Positions 26,070 to 35,981 of a DNA stretch of 64,000 nucleotides are shown piece by piece. The stretch spans positions 14,066 through 78,065 of the forward strand of contig CAZMCV010000001.1 in assembly GCA_964564645.1 (NCBI GenBank). Reading direction: 5' to 3'. The translations under genes and the position numbers were made by a program. Source of the DNA: an uncultured Acetobacteraceae bacterium. GTDB lineage: Bacteria; Pseudomonadota; Alphaproteobacteria; Acetobacterales; Acetobacteraceae. A model generated the notes under the pieces. The model ran no database searches, had not been told where the DNA came from, and saw only the letters and a list, made by a program, of their open reading frames with translations. How positions within the stretch are numbered: position 1 is the stretch's first letter; each line of letters starts with the position of its first letter.

Positions 26070-27122
26070 TCAGCCGAGCCCCCGCACCAGCGGCGGTCCC
26101 AGCAGGTTCGCGAGCGGCAGCGGCAGCCGCTTCCAGGCGGCGATGAACAGCCGGTATTTCGGGTTGTTCGGGTTGTTGTCCGGGATGCGCGCGCCCTCGG
26201 CCAGGCGGTAGCAGTAGTGCAGCGGCGCTTCCTCGAAGCCCCAATTGCGCTTGTAGGCGAAGGCGCCGGTGCCGGCCTTGCTGCGGCCGAAATCGAACAG
26301 CGTCGCGCCGCGCTCGCGCCCGGCGCGGCGCATCACCTCCCAGTACATGAAGTCGTTGGCCGACAGCGCCCGCGCCGCCGCGGTGCCGCCGCCGTAATAG
26401 GGCAGCACCTCCTGCCGGAAGTGGAAGTTCAGCACCGCCGAGACCGGCCGCCCCTCATGCAGCACCGTCGTCACATCGTGCTCGCCCGGGAAGGCCTCGC
26501 CGAGCAGGCGGAAGTAGCGGCGTGGGAAGACCGGGGAGCCGAGGTTGCGCACGCTCTCGGCATAGACCCGGTGCAGCCGGTCCGTGTCGCCGTCCGAGAC
26601 GCTGGTCAGCCCGAAGCGCTCGATCGCCTTCCTGACCTCCGCGCGCTGCTTGCGCGGGATGTTCTTCTGCATGTCCTTCGCATCGTCGCCGGTCAGCGCG
26701 ATCGGCTTGCGGAAGGTGAAGTAGAGCGGCGGGCGCTCGGTCCAGCCAGGGTCGGGCGCGGCGAGGCGGCGGTATTCCAGGCAGGGCGCGCCGAGCCGGC
26801 GCTGCAGGTCGAGCGCATGCGCCTCAAGCGCCGCGGCGGCCTCGGGCAGGGTCGCGACGGCGCCGCCATAGACGCAGAACGGGGTCGAGGCGAGGGTGTC
26901 GCCGAACAGCCGCGTGCGCATGCGCGCCAGCGGCAGCACGCCGACGATGGCGCCGTCCTGTTCAGCCAGCACGTAATGGGTGCGGTGGCCGAAGGCGCGC
27001 TCGATCACCCGCCGCCAGGGCGAGAGGTGGAAGAAGGTCGCCTCCGGCGTCGCATGCACGAAGGCGTCCCAGGCCGCCGCCTCGGCTGCCGCGTCGCCGA
27101 GCGCGCGGATGCGCACCGCCAT
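26070..27122 (-). CDS. FemAB-family (GNAT-fold) protein, PEP-CTERM-system-associated type
   Basis: ..FFHLSPWRRVIERAFGH..FCVYGG..FRQEVLPYYGGG..ANDFMYWEVMRRA..FDFGRSK.GTGAFAYKRNWGF. Confidence 0.85.
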   Translation of the reverse strand: MAVRIRALGDAAAEAAAWDAFVHATPEATFFHLSPWRRVIERAFGHRTHYVLAEQDGAIVGVLPLARMRTRLFGDTLASTPFCVYGGAVATLPEAAAALEAHALDLQRRLGAPCLEYRRLAAPDPGWTERPPLYFTFRKPIALTGDDAKDMQKNIPRKQRAEVRKAIERFGLTSVSDGDTDRLHRVYAESVRNLGSPVFPRRYFRLLGEAFPGEHDVTTVLHEGRPVSAVLNFHFRQEVLPYYGGGTAAARALSANDFMYWEVMRRAGRERGATLFDFGRSKAGTGAFAYKRNWGFEEAPLHYCYRLAEGARIPDNNPNNPKYRLFIAAWKRLPLPLANLLGPPLVRGLG

Positions 27123-27127
27123 GATGC

Positions 27128-28045
27128 CTACTCCGCCGCCAGGCGCGGCGCCGGCGCCGCGGCGTCCGAGAGCTCGGCCGCGAAAACCGCATCCATCCGG
27201 TCCCAGGCAAAGTCGCGCAGCAGCCGGTCCAACCGCGCGGCCATGCTGCCGAGGCCGGTATAATGGCGGAACCTTGACAGGGCCTTGGCCGCGCGCACGC
27301 GGGGCTGGCCCGGATCGACCTCCCAGGGATGGAAGTAGAAGATGCCCGGGCGCCGTTCCTGCCCGTTCACGCGGGCGAGCCCCGCCCGGAATAGCTGGTA
27401 GGGCAGCAGCCGGAACCAGCCCCCGCCGGCGCAGGGCAGGTTGCGCCCGTGGAGGCGCACGGTGGTCATCGGTAGTTCCAGCACGCCGTCGGGATGCGGC
27501 CGGTGCGGCCCGCGCGGCGCGTCCGGGGCGCCGTAGAGGTCATGCCGGACCGGAAAGACGGAGGAGCTGTAGGCATGCCCCTCCTCGGCGAGGACGGCGT
27601 GCGCCCAGGGGGTGATGCGGGGCCCGATCGAGAAGGTGGGTGCGCGATAGCCCCGCACCGCGACCCCGCCGATGTCCTCGAGCACGCGCCTGGCGCGGCG
27701 GATATCGGCGCGGAAGCCCTCCTCGCCCAACTCATGCACCAGGCGGTGGTCCCAGCCATGGCTGGCGAGCTCATGCCCCGCGGCGACGATCCGGCGCACC
27801 AGGGCGGGATGGCGCGCGGCGACGCAGCCCAGGGTGAAGAAGGTGGCGCTTACGCCGGCAGCGGCGAATTGCGCGAGGACGCGGTCGGTGTTCGCCTCCA
27901 CCCGCGATTCCAGCTTGTCCCACTCGGCACGGTCGACGACGCCGGCGAAGGCCTGGACCTGGTACCAGTCCTCGACGTCGACGCTCATCGCGTTCACGGG
28001 GCGCGGCGGGCCCGCGGGAGGCGATGCCGGGCCGGGCCTGGTCAT
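27128..28045 (-). CDS. Polysaccharide deacetylase (XrtA-system type)
   Basis: MSVDVEDWYQVQAF..ATFFTLGCVAARHPALVRRIVAAGHELASHGWDH. Confidence 0.9.
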   Translation of the reverse strand: MTRPGPASPPAGPPRPVNAMSVDVEDWYQVQAFAGVVDRAEWDKLESRVEANTDRVLAQFAAAGVSATFFTLGCVAARHPALVRRIVAAGHELASHGWDHRLVHELGEEGFRADIRRARRVLEDIGGVAVRGYRAPTFSIGPRITPWAHAVLAEEGHAYSSSVFPVRHDLYGAPDAPRGPHRPHPDGVLELPMTTVRLHGRNLPCAGGGWFRLLPYQLFRAGLARVNGQERRPGIFYFHPWEVDPGQPRVRAAKALSRFRHYTGLGSMAARLDRLLRDFAWDRMDAVFAAELSDAAAPAPRLAAE

Positions 28046-28124
28046 CGGCAGCCGCTCCCGGCACGCCTCGCCATGGCGGGGCTGCCGCGCAGGATCGCGG
28101 TTCGATGGCGGCTCATGCCCTCGC

Positions 28125-29141
28125 TCATGACCGCTGGCCCCCTCCCGTCATGTGGTCGCCGAAGAGGTCGCGGAGGCGGCCATAGATGCGCTCCCGCTGC
28201 GCGACGATCCGCTCGAGCCGGGCCAGGCGCTGCTCGAACCCGGCCAGCGCCTCCGCGGTCGTGTCGAAGGAGGCGGCATGATCGGCCGGCGCCGCCATCT
28301 CGAACCCGCCGCCGAGATCCTCCTCGAGCTCGAGCGCCGTCGCCTCGACCAGGGCGGCGCTCAGCATGGGGGCATGCCCGAGTTCGCCGCCGAGGAGCAC
28401 GCGCGAGCAGAGCCGGTTGATGCGGCGCGGGATGCCGCCGCTGTACCGGTGCACGAGGTCGAGCGCGCCCTCGCCCCAACCCGGCTCGCCTTCCCAGCCG
28501 ACCGCGCGCATGCGGTGCTCGACATAGGCCTGGGTTTCCTCCCGGGAGAGGTTGCCGAGATGGTAGGAAGCGAGGATCCGCTGGCGCAGCTGGTCGAGGT
28601 CGGGGCTCGAGAGGGTGCGGCGGAGCTGCGGCTGGCCGAGCAGGATCGTCTGCAGCAGCGCCCGCCCGCCCTCGCCCGTGACATTCGAGAGCATGCGCAG
28701 CTCCTCGAGCGCCTGCGGGGGCAGCGCCTGCGCCTCGTCGACGATGAGCAGGTGCCGCCGCTCGCCCGTCTGCAGGGCCGCGGTGATGCCGCGCAGGATC
28801 GCGGCCTTCGAGCCCTCCGAGGGTGCGCCGAAGGCGCCCGCCACCAGCGCGAGGAGGTCGTCGCCCGAGACCTGCGAGGTCGAGATCCGCGCGACGACAT
28901 AGGTGCCCGGGTCGATCCGTTCGCAGAGATGCTCGACCAGGGTCGTCTTGCCGGCGCCGACCTCGCCGGTGATCACGACGAAGCCCTCGTTCTGCGCCAG
29001 CCCGTAGAGCAGGTGGGCATAGGCCCGGCTGTGCACCGTGCTCGGGAAGTAGAGCCGGGCGTCCGGCGTCATCCGGAAGGGATGCTCGCGCAGGCCGTAG
29101 GGTTGGGTGGAGACCATGCTCATCCCGACATGGGCGTTCAT
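28125..29141 (-). CDS. ExeA-like AAA ATPase (XrtA/PEP-CTERM-system-associated ATPase type)
   Basis: Walker A VITGEVGAGKTTLV, Walker B LLIVDEAQAL, and ..GGIPRRINRLCSRVLL. Confidence 0.9.
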   Translation of the reverse strand: MNAHVGMSMVSTQPYGLREHPFRMTPDARLYFPSTVHSRAYAHLLYGLAQNEGFVVITGEVGAGKTTLVEHLCERIDPGTYVVARISTSQVSGDDLLALVAGAFGAPSEGSKAAILRGITAALQTGERRHLLIVDEAQALPPQALEELRMLSNVTGEGGRALLQTILLGQPQLRRTLSSPDLDQLRQRILASYHLGNLSREETQAYVEHRMRAVGWEGEPGWGEGALDLVHRYSGGIPRRINRLCSRVLLGGELGHAPMLSAALVEATALELEEDLGGGFEMAAPADHAASFDTTAEALAGFEQRLARLERIVAQRERIYGRLRDLFGDHMTGGGQRS

Positions 29142-29202
29142 GGGCGGCCTCGCATCCTGGCGGCGGGGGGGATCGGCACGGCGTCGGGCGTCGCGGCCAT
29201 GG

Positions 29203-31029
29203 TCAAAGGCTCACCTGCAGGCCGACGAGCACCAGGTTCTGCAGGCTGTTGCCGTTCGAAGTGTCGCAGATGCTGCGGTTGGTCAAACGGTAGAGCCCCG
29301 TGGCGAAAAAGCGCTCGGTCAGCTGGTGGCGGAGCGTCGCCTGCGCGGTGAAGACATAGCCGTCGCCGCCGGCCGTATCCGCGAAGGTCCGTCCGTATTG
29401 CAGGTAGCCCGCCACCTGTGTCCGCGGCGTGAGCTCGTGCGACCAGCCGAAGCTCACCGACGGACCGCGCTGGCCGAAGACCTGCTGGCCGGCGGCGGCG
29501 GCGACAGGGATCTGCTGCTGATAGACGAAGCCGAGCGTGAAGACGTCGCGCGGCCAAGCCAGGGCGACGAAGGCGTTCAGCCGGCGCGACCGGACCAGCC
29601 CGCTCTGCGTCGCCAGGAAGGAATCGGTATAGGTCACGGGCGCGCCGGTCGCCTGGTCGACCGGGTTCCCGAGCGCGTCGAGCGAGGTGGTGGCCAGGAG
29701 ATCCTGTGTGCGCACCAGCGCCGTGCTGAGGGAGTCGAGGTAGTTGGCGTAGAAGGTCGTGCGCCCGCCGAGCGGCACGACGGCGTTCGCATAGGCCGCC
29801 GGGTAGCCGCTGCGCTGGCCGAATTTGGCGATGATGTAGGTGTCGGGCGTCGGAGCGAAGCGCGCGCCCACCGACCAGACCGGGCCGACATAGCGGAAGC
29901 GCGGGACGGTGGCGTATTCCTCGTCCTGGTACCCGGCCTCGCCGAGAACGGCGAAGCTTCGCAGGATGGCGTAGCGCGCCTCGACCGTGCCGATCGTGCG
30001 ATAGGCCCCGTCGAAGACGCCAGTGCCGGTGTAGGTGATGCCGCTCACCCGCGCTTCCATGGCGAGGCGACCGAAATCCTCCCCGGTCCGCGCCACCAAG
30101 TAGCCCTGCTGGGCGGTATAGCTCTGCGGCTGGAAATAGGGCTGGGTCTGGCCGGGCAGGGTGGCGGTGGAGCCGGTCTGCGAGCCGAACAGGAAGCCAT
30201 AGCCGAGCGAGACCGTCGCCAGCCCGCCGAAGCGGTGCACGAGATAGGGCGAGACCTGACCGGTATAGGTCTGCACGCTGTCGGCCCGGGTGATGACCGG
30301 CGCCGTCCCGTTCGGGCTGAAGGTGCCCGAGGGCGCGAAGGTCGCGGCCGTCGCCCGGACGTCGAGGAACAGGGTCTGCGGCAGCAGCGCCACGGCGACC
30401 TGGGCGTTGAGCTGCTGGTTCACCCGGTTCTGGTCGGAGTTCGGCAGGTAGAACTGGACGATCGGTGCGTAGCTCAGCGTGCCGCGGAGGGCGAGCGTGT
30501 CGGCGGTGGCGAAGATCCCCGGCGTGATCACCGTGGCGAACTCGCCCTGCCGGTTGGTGGCGGTCTGGTTGATGTTGTCCGTGCCGAGCAGGTTGATGCC
30601 GAGGCTCGGCGTCACGGAGTATTTCCGCCCCCCGGCGCCGGCGACCGGCGGGACGGCGGCGCCGAAGAGGGTGGAGCCCGGCGCGCCGGCAAGCCCGCCG
30701 GGCGCGAGCCCGGCGGTCCAGCCGCCCGGCCCGATCGCCGTCCCCTCCAGCCCGGGGCGAAGGGCGCTGCCGGATGTCCGCGTGGGCAGGTCGGAAGGGC
30801 CCAGCGGGAAGCCCGGGAAGGGTGCTGCGTCGGACTCGGCATTGGCCGACTCTCCGGCCGCCGCGCCACCGGCCGGGCTTGCGCCCGCGGGCGCAGCGCC
30901 CACTATCCCCGTCGGCGAGGATTGCGCGCCCGCCGGCCGCGTTGCCGGAACCACGGCCAGGCTGGCCGCGAGCAGCCAAGCCACGGCGGCATGGCGCGGC
31001 ACGCCGCTGCTCGGCGCCGCCTCAGGCAT
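29203..31029 (-). CDS. Outer-membrane beta-barrel protein (PEP-CTERM-locus-associated OMP type)
   Basis: Signal-like N-terminus AVAWLLAASLAVVPATRPAGAQ, a Gly/Ala-rich linker, then alternating beta-strand patterns to the C-terminus (..NLVLVGLQVSL). Confidence 0.75.
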   Translation of the reverse strand: MPEAAPSSGVPRHAAVAWLLAASLAVVPATRPAGAQSSPTGIVGAAPAGASPAGGAAAGESANAESDAAPFPGFPLGPSDLPTRTSGSALRPGLEGTAIGPGGWTAGLAPGGLAGAPGSTLFGAAVPPVAGAGGRKYSVTPSLGINLLGTDNINQTATNRQGEFATVITPGIFATADTLALRGTLSYAPIVQFYLPNSDQNRVNQQLNAQVAVALLPQTLFLDVRATAATFAPSGTFSPNGTAPVITRADSVQTYTGQVSPYLVHRFGGLATVSLGYGFLFGSQTGSTATLPGQTQPYFQPQSYTAQQGYLVARTGEDFGRLAMEARVSGITYTGTGVFDGAYRTIGTVEARYAILRSFAVLGEAGYQDEEYATVPRFRYVGPVWSVGARFAPTPDTYIIAKFGQRSGYPAAYANAVVPLGGRTTFYANYLDSLSTALVRTQDLLATTSLDALGNPVDQATGAPVTYTDSFLATQSGLVRSRRLNAFVALAWPRDVFTLGFVYQQQIPVAAAAGQQVFGQRGPSVSFGWSHELTPRTQVAGYLQYGRTFADTAGGDGYVFTAQATLRHQLTERFFATGLYRLTNRSICDTSNGNSLQNLVLVGLQVSL

Positions 31030-31945
31030 AGGCGCCGAAGGTGTCGCTGCCGGTCAGCCGGACCTTGTTCAGCACCAGCTGCAGCGTCTGGCAGGCATCG
31101 ACCATGTCGAGCGCAGCCTCGACCTCGCTGCGGGACGTCCGCTCCGCCTCGACCACCATCAGGATCTGGCCCGCGATGGAGGCGAGCGTGGCCGAGTCAC
31201 CGCTCGCCAGGCAGGGCTGGGCATCCACGACCAGCACGTGCTCGGGCAGCGCCGCCGCCACCCGCTGGATGGCGGCGGCCAGGGTGGCGATCGGCGCGAC
31301 GGTGGCCATCTCGGGCCGGGGCTGCACCCCGAAGGGCAGGACCAGGAGCTGCGGCAGCTCGGTATCGGCCAGGGCCTGCGCGAGCGGCAGCTGCGGATCC
31401 CCGGCGAGCGTCCGGAGGCCGGGCCGGCCCTCGAGGCCGAGGAGATCGCTGAGGCATCCCACCTTGCCGTCGGCGTCGATGAGGACGACCGGAGCCGCGC
31501 CGCCCAGGGAGAGGCTCGCGGCGATGTTGAGCGCGCACCAGGTCTTGCCCTCGCCCGGGCGCGCGCTGGTGACGAGGACCGTGCGACTGTTCCGGCTCGC
31601 CTCCCCCTCGGCGGCCTGCGCCGCGCGGAGGGTGCGCAGCACCTGGTGCTGCACGACCGTGACCTCCTCGGCGACCCGGCTGCGGGCGCGTCCCGGCAGC
31701 GTGCTCAGCCCGGCCCGGCGGAGCGTGCCGAGATCGACCTTCGGCCGCGGCGGCGGTGCCGCCGTGGCGGCCGGCGGGGATGCGGGCTGGGACGTCGCCT
31801 CGGCATGCGGCGGCGATGGCGGCGCCGGCCGGCGGGCCTGCGCCTCCGGCAAAGCGGGCGGCGGCACGACGCGCAGGCCCGCGAGCCCGCCCATCGCCTC
31901 GACGGCACGCTCGACCAGGTGGGATGTCGGGCGCAACGCGCTCAT
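31022..31945 (-). CDS. P-loop BY-kinase-like protein (EpsG/CpsD-like)
   Basis: VLVTSARPGEGKTWCALNIAASL (Walker A) and VVLIDADGK (Walker A'). There is no C-terminal Tyr cluster (tail ..LTGSDTFGAYA). Confidence 0.8.
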   Translation of the reverse strand: MSALRPTSHLVERAVEAMGGLAGLRVVPPPALPEAQARRPAPPSPPHAEATSQPASPPAATAAPPPRPKVDLGTLRRAGLSTLPGRARSRVAEEVTVVQHQVLRTLRAAQAAEGEASRNSRTVLVTSARPGEGKTWCALNIAASLSLGGAAPVVLIDADGKVGCLSDLLGLEGRPGLRTLAGDPQLPLAQALADTELPQLLVLPFGVQPRPEMATVAPIATLAAAIQRVAAALPEHVLVVDAQPCLASGDSATLASIAGQILMVVEAERTSRSEVEAALDMVDACQTLQLVLNKVRLTGSDTFGAYA

Positions 31946-33459
31946 GCCGTGGCACCTCCATGGAGCAGGGCAGGCGCGATCAGCACGGCGCCGAAGGCCA
32001 CCAGCAGCAGCAGGCAGGCCAGGCCGAAGGTGGCGACCGAACGCAGGCGCTCGACCGGGTTGCGGCTCTGCGCCGAGATCCCGCCGAGCACCGGCAGGCC
32101 GATCTTCCGCAGGTCCTGGACGGAATAGAAGCTGCTGTCGAACTGCGTCAGCAGGAGGGCGAGCGCCCCGCCGGCACCAAGGCCGACGATCAGCACGACG
32201 GCGTCGAACAGGGTGCGGTTCGGCCCGGCCGGCACCGTGGGCAGGGTCGGGGGGTCGACCACCTCGAGCTGCACGCGCTCCGAGCCGGTGCGCGCCGCGT
32301 CGGCGATGCGGACGGATTCGCGGCGCGCGAGCAGCTCCTCGAAGTTTCGCCGCAGCACGTTGTAGTCGCGGTCGAGATTGACGAACTGCGCCTGCACCTC
32401 CGGCTCGTTGCGCAGCGCCGTCTCGAGGCGCTCCACCTCGGATTGGTGGTCGCGCAGCTGCCGCTCCAGCGAGGCGACCTGGGCATCCGCATCCACCAGC
32501 CGGACCCTGAGCTGCTCGTGGAGCGGGTTGGGACGCGCCCCCGCATCGCGGGCCGCGACCGGCCGCGACGCCCCGCCGCCATGGGCCCGCAGCTCGGCCA
32601 CCAGCGCGCGGGCCGCGGCGACGTCCGGGTGCTGCTCGGTGTAGCGCAGGCGCAGCTCGCGCAGCTGCCGCTCGGCATCGGCCAGGCGGCTGCCCCCGCC
32701 CTCGACCGCCGCCGCGGCCTCGGCGGAGAGGGTCTGGGGCTGCGTGTCCAGCTGCTGGCGGATCAGGTCGCGGCGCTTGCGCGCATCCTCAAGCTCGCCC
32801 TGGAGCTGGCGCACCTGGACCCGGCTCGCCTCGAGGCGGGAGGCGCCGCCCGTCTCCGAGGGCAGGAGATCGATGTACTCGGCCCGGAAGGAGGCGCGGC
32901 GCTGCTCGGCCTCGCGCAGCCGGCCTTCGTAGAGGCTGATCTGTTCCTCCAGGAAGTGCAGGGCCCTGGTGTACTGCTCCTTGTCCGAATCGGTGGCGGC
33001 CGCGACGAAGAGCTGCACCGCCTTCTGCACCACCTCGAAGGCCACCTGAGGATCGCGGTCGCGATATTCGATACTGAAGAGGTTGCGGGTATGGCTCGTC
33101 AGCCGGATATCCCGCGTGAGGCGCTGCAGCAGGGCCTCGCGCCCGCCCTGGGCGGCCCTCTCCTTCAGCCCGGTATCGTCGATGATCAGCTCCAGGTTCG
33201 GCCGGCTGAGCAGGGTGCGCTGCAGGATCTCCACCTGGCTGGCCGGCGAGCTGTCGATCGCGATGCCGCGGAGCAGCGAGCCGAGCACCGCATCGGCGTC
33301 GGCGAAGATCCGCGCTCGGGACTGGTACTGGTTGGGCAGGGAGTAGACGACCGCCCAGCCGACGAGGCAGACCAGCCAGGCGACCGCCATGGCCGGCCAG
33401 CGCCTGCGCCAGCCGGCGGCGGCGTAGCGCCGGACCTGCCCCAGGATGGTGGATTCCAC
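31942..33459 (-). CDS. Chain-length determinant / polysaccharide co-polymerase (EpsF/Wzz-like)
   Basis: N-terminal TM (AMAVAWLVCLVGWAVVYSL), long coiled-coil periplasmic region, C-terminal TM. The start overlaps the downstream gene by 4 nt. Confidence 0.9.
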   Translation of the reverse strand: MESTILGQVRRYAAAGWRRRWPAMAVAWLVCLVGWAVVYSLPNQYQSRARIFADADAVLGSLLRGIAIDSSPASQVEILQRTLLSRPNLELIIDDTGLKERAAQGGREALLQRLTRDIRLTSHTRNLFSIEYRDRDPQVAFEVVQKAVQLFVAAATDSDKEQYTRALHFLEEQISLYEGRLREAEQRRASFRAEYIDLLPSETGGASRLEASRVQVRQLQGELEDARKRRDLIRQQLDTQPQTLSAEAAAAVEGGGSRLADAERQLRELRLRYTEQHPDVAAARALVAELRAHGGGASRPVAARDAGARPNPLHEQLRVRLVDADAQVASLERQLRDHQSEVERLETALRNEPEVQAQFVNLDRDYNVLRRNFEELLARRESVRIADAARTGSERVQLEVVDPPTLPTVPAGPNRTLFDAVVLIVGLGAGGALALLLTQFDSSFYSVQDLRKIGLPVLGGISAQSRNPVERLRSVATFGLACLLLLVAFGAVLIAPALLHGGATA

Positions 33460-33463
33460 GGGA

Positions 33464-34186
33464 TCAGAACCAGCTGCTGGGAATCACCAGGGTGTCGCCT
33501 GGCCGCAGCGGCATGTCCTGCGACACATCCCCGTCGCGTAGCAGGTCGGCCAGGCGGACGCGGATCTTCTCCTGTGGCTGCCCGCCGGATCCGCGGCGGA
33601 TGATCTCGGCGCGGTTGCCGGCCGCATAGCGCGTCAGCCCCTTCGCCTCGATCATCACGTCGAGGACGCTCATCCCCTCGCGGTACGGCACGCTCATGGG
33701 CTGCGCCGCCTCCCCGATCACGCGGATCTGCTGGTTCGGCTGGCCCACGAAGGACTTCACCATGACCGTGACCGTCGGCTCGATGACATAGCGCGTCAGC
33801 CGCTCCTGGATGTCGCTGGCGAGCTGGCTCGGCGTCCGGCCGGCGGCCTGGATATCGGGCACCAGCGGCAGCGACAGCCGGCCGTCCGGCCGCACGGTCA
33901 GGTCGTTGGCACTCAGCTCCGGCGCGCGGAACACGAAAATGTTCAGGGTGTCGCCCGCCCCAATCAAATAATCTGGAGCCGTCACCCCCGGTGAGCCGGC
34001 CGCGGCGTCGAGCGGCGCCGGCGATCGGGCACAACCGACGCAGGCGAGAAGGGCGCACAGGAGGAAGGCAGCCGGGCGACAGCTCCACGCCCAAATCCAG
34101 GCAGGCCAGGAGGTCACTGGGCGGGAGCCCTCGTATGGTTGTCCGGGAGGGGAGTGCATCTCGGGCGATCTTCGCAAGGTCGACAC
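33464..34186 (-). CDS. Polysaccharide export protein (Wza/EpsE-like, lipoprotein)
   Basis: Lipobox-like LLACVGCA, then ..YLIGAGDTLNIFVFRAPELS..DGRLSLPLVPDIQAAGRTPSQLA.. and SLBB-like ..IRPGDTLVIP. The true start may be internal. Confidence 0.85.
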   Translation of the reverse strand: MSTLRRSPEMHSPPGQPYEGSRPVTSWPAWIWAWSCRPAAFLLCALLACVGCARSPAPLDAAAGSPGVTAPDYLIGAGDTLNIFVFRAPELSANDLTVRPDGRLSLPLVPDIQAAGRTPSQLASDIQERLTRYVIEPTVTVMVKSFVGQPNQQIRVIGEAAQPMSVPYREGMSVLDVMIEAKGLTRYAAGNRAEIIRRGSGGQPQEKIRVRLADLLRDGDVSQDMPLRPGDTLVIPSSWF

Positions 34187-34527
34187 AACTTTCCGTTTGC
34201 CTTGTACAATGAATCACCCGCTTTGTAAAGTATCAATTTCATTGACTTCGAGCGGCTTTCGTGGCCGCCGCTCGTCGTGAGAAACACTTCGCCTTTTTAA
34301 CTATTGATTCCCTTTTGCGCCCGTTGTAATCACGCTTGCAGAGCCAACCCGAAAGGTCTCGGGTCTAGATGCATGCGAAATGTACGACCTTTTGCACAAA
34401 TCCGTAATTTCACCGCCCCTCATCCGCAACGTCATGGCCCGAATGATCGCGGCTCTGGTTGTCTGCCGAGGCGTGCCGATCCACGCGCCAGGCTGTTGCT
34501 CCATGTTTTGATGGCGGAGGTATCGCC
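34187..34527. promoter_or_regulatory. AT-enriched divergent promoter region between the two EPS operons
   Basis: GC content clearly drops (e.g. TTGTACAATGAATCAC, TAAAGTATCAATTTCATTGACTTC, TTTTTAACTATTGATTCCC). It lies between divergently oriented gene starts. No specific -35/-10 pair was assigned. Confidence 0.4.
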
Positions 34528-35883
34528 GTGCTGAGCGTCTTCGGCCACAGCGTTCGTTCCGAGATGGTGCTGCTCTACATCGCGGAGGCGCTGATCTGCT
34601 TCCTGGCAACCTATGCCATTTCGGCATCGCTCGTGGCCCCGGCCGGGGTGGAGGCCCAGCGCGGCTTCCTCGCCTTCGCGGCCTTCCTCGCCCTCTCCTC
34701 CGGCCCCGTCTCGGGTGCCGCTGGCCTCTATCAGGCTGAGCGGTGGTGGGAGATCGGGCGCCTTCTCGCCGGCGCCGCGGTGACCGGTGTGCTGCTGCTG
34801 ATGCTCGCCGGTCTCGCCCTGCTCGCCCTCGATCCGGTCATGCCGGTGCTGACCACCTGGCGTGGCCTGCCGGGGGCGTTGATGGGGGCGCTGGGGTCGA
34901 TCACCGCCACGCGGCTGGTCTTCGTCGTCGCCTCCCGCCGCGGGCTGTTCACCCGTCACATCGCGGTGATGCGCGACACCACGGGCGCCACTCCGGCCGA
35001 GCGCGCTGTGGCGGGCGCTCGCCCCTACCATCCTTTCGAGGTTGCGCTGGTCATCAGCCCCGGCACGCCGCTCGAGAACCGGCTCTCGCCGGCCAGCCTG
35101 CGGCGAGAGGGAATCTGGGGCGTGGTCATCGCCGATGGCTGCGTCCTCTCCGACAAGGACAGGGCTAGCCTCGAGGCGGCGCGCATCCGGGTGTTCCGCG
35201 ACAGCGAGTTCTGCGAGCGCCATCTCGGCCGTGTAGACCTCGCCCGGTTGCACGAAGGCTGGCTGAAGGAGGCAGTGCGCACGGGCGAAAACCGGCTCGG
35301 CGCCGTCCTGCACCGCGCCTTCGATGTGACCGTCTCCCTGTTGCTGTTGCTGCTGACCCTGCCGGTCGCACTGATGGCGGCCCTGGCGGTCCGCCTCGAC
35401 AGCCCGGGGCCGATCTTCTACCGGCAGGAGCGTGTGGGGCTGGACGGGCGCGTCTTTACGCTGATGAAGTTCCGCAGCATGCGCACCGACGCCGAGGCGT
35501 CGGGGGCGCCGCAGTGGGCGACCAAGCGCGACCCGCGGATCACCCGGGTCGGCCGGTTCATCCGCCTGACCCGGATCGACGAGATCCCGCAGGTGCTGAA
35601 CGTGCTGCGCGGCGATATGGCCTTCATCGGCCCGCGCCCCGAGCGGCCGGCCTTCGTCGAACAACTGGCCCAGGTCATCCCGCATTACCGCGACCGGGCC
35701 TGCGTGAAGCCCGGCATCACTGGCTGGGCGCAGATCAACTTCCCCTACGGCGCCTCGGTTGAGGATGCGCGCGGCAAGCTGGCTTACGATCTCTACTACG
35801 TGCGCCGGCGCAGCCTGTTCCTCGACCTGCTTATCCTGGTGGCAACGGTCCGGGTTGTACTGTTCCAGGAAGGGTCGCGGTAA
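34528..35883 (+). CDS. Priming polyprenyl-phosphate sugar-phosphate transferase (EpsB-like bacterial sugar transferase)
   Basis: GGAGG lies 7 nt before GTG 34528. There are several N-terminal TM helices. C-terminal domain: ..GPIFYRQERVGLDGRVFTLMKFRSMR..RITRVGRFIRLTRIDEIPQVLNVLRGDMAFIGPRPERP. Confidence 0.9.
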   Translation: MLSVFGHSVRSEMVLLYIAEALICFLATYAISASLVAPAGVEAQRGFLAFAAFLALSSGPVSGAAGLYQAERWWEIGRLLAGAAVTGVLLLMLAGLALLALDPVMPVLTTWRGLPGALMGALGSITATRLVFVVASRRGLFTRHIAVMRDTTGATPAERAVAGARPYHPFEVALVISPGTPLENRLSPASLRREGIWGVVIADGCVLSDKDRASLEAARIRVFRDSEFCERHLGRVDLARLHEGWLKEAVRTGENRLGAVLHRAFDVTVSLLLLLLTLPVALMAALAVRLDSPGPIFYRQERVGLDGRVFTLMKFRSMRTDAEASGAPQWATKRDPRITRVGRFIRLTRIDEIPQVLNVLRGDMAFIGPRPERPAFVEQLAQVIPHYRDRACVKPGITGWAQINFPYGASVEDARGKLAYDLYYVRRRSLFLDLLILVATVRVVLFQEGSR

Positions 35884-35981
35884 GCACCTTCCGGCTATCA
35901 TGCGCCGCGCCGGTCGCCGCCTTGCGATGATCGCCCCGATGCCGGCCTGCCCGGCAGCCCCGTCAGGACCGAAGCAGCCAC

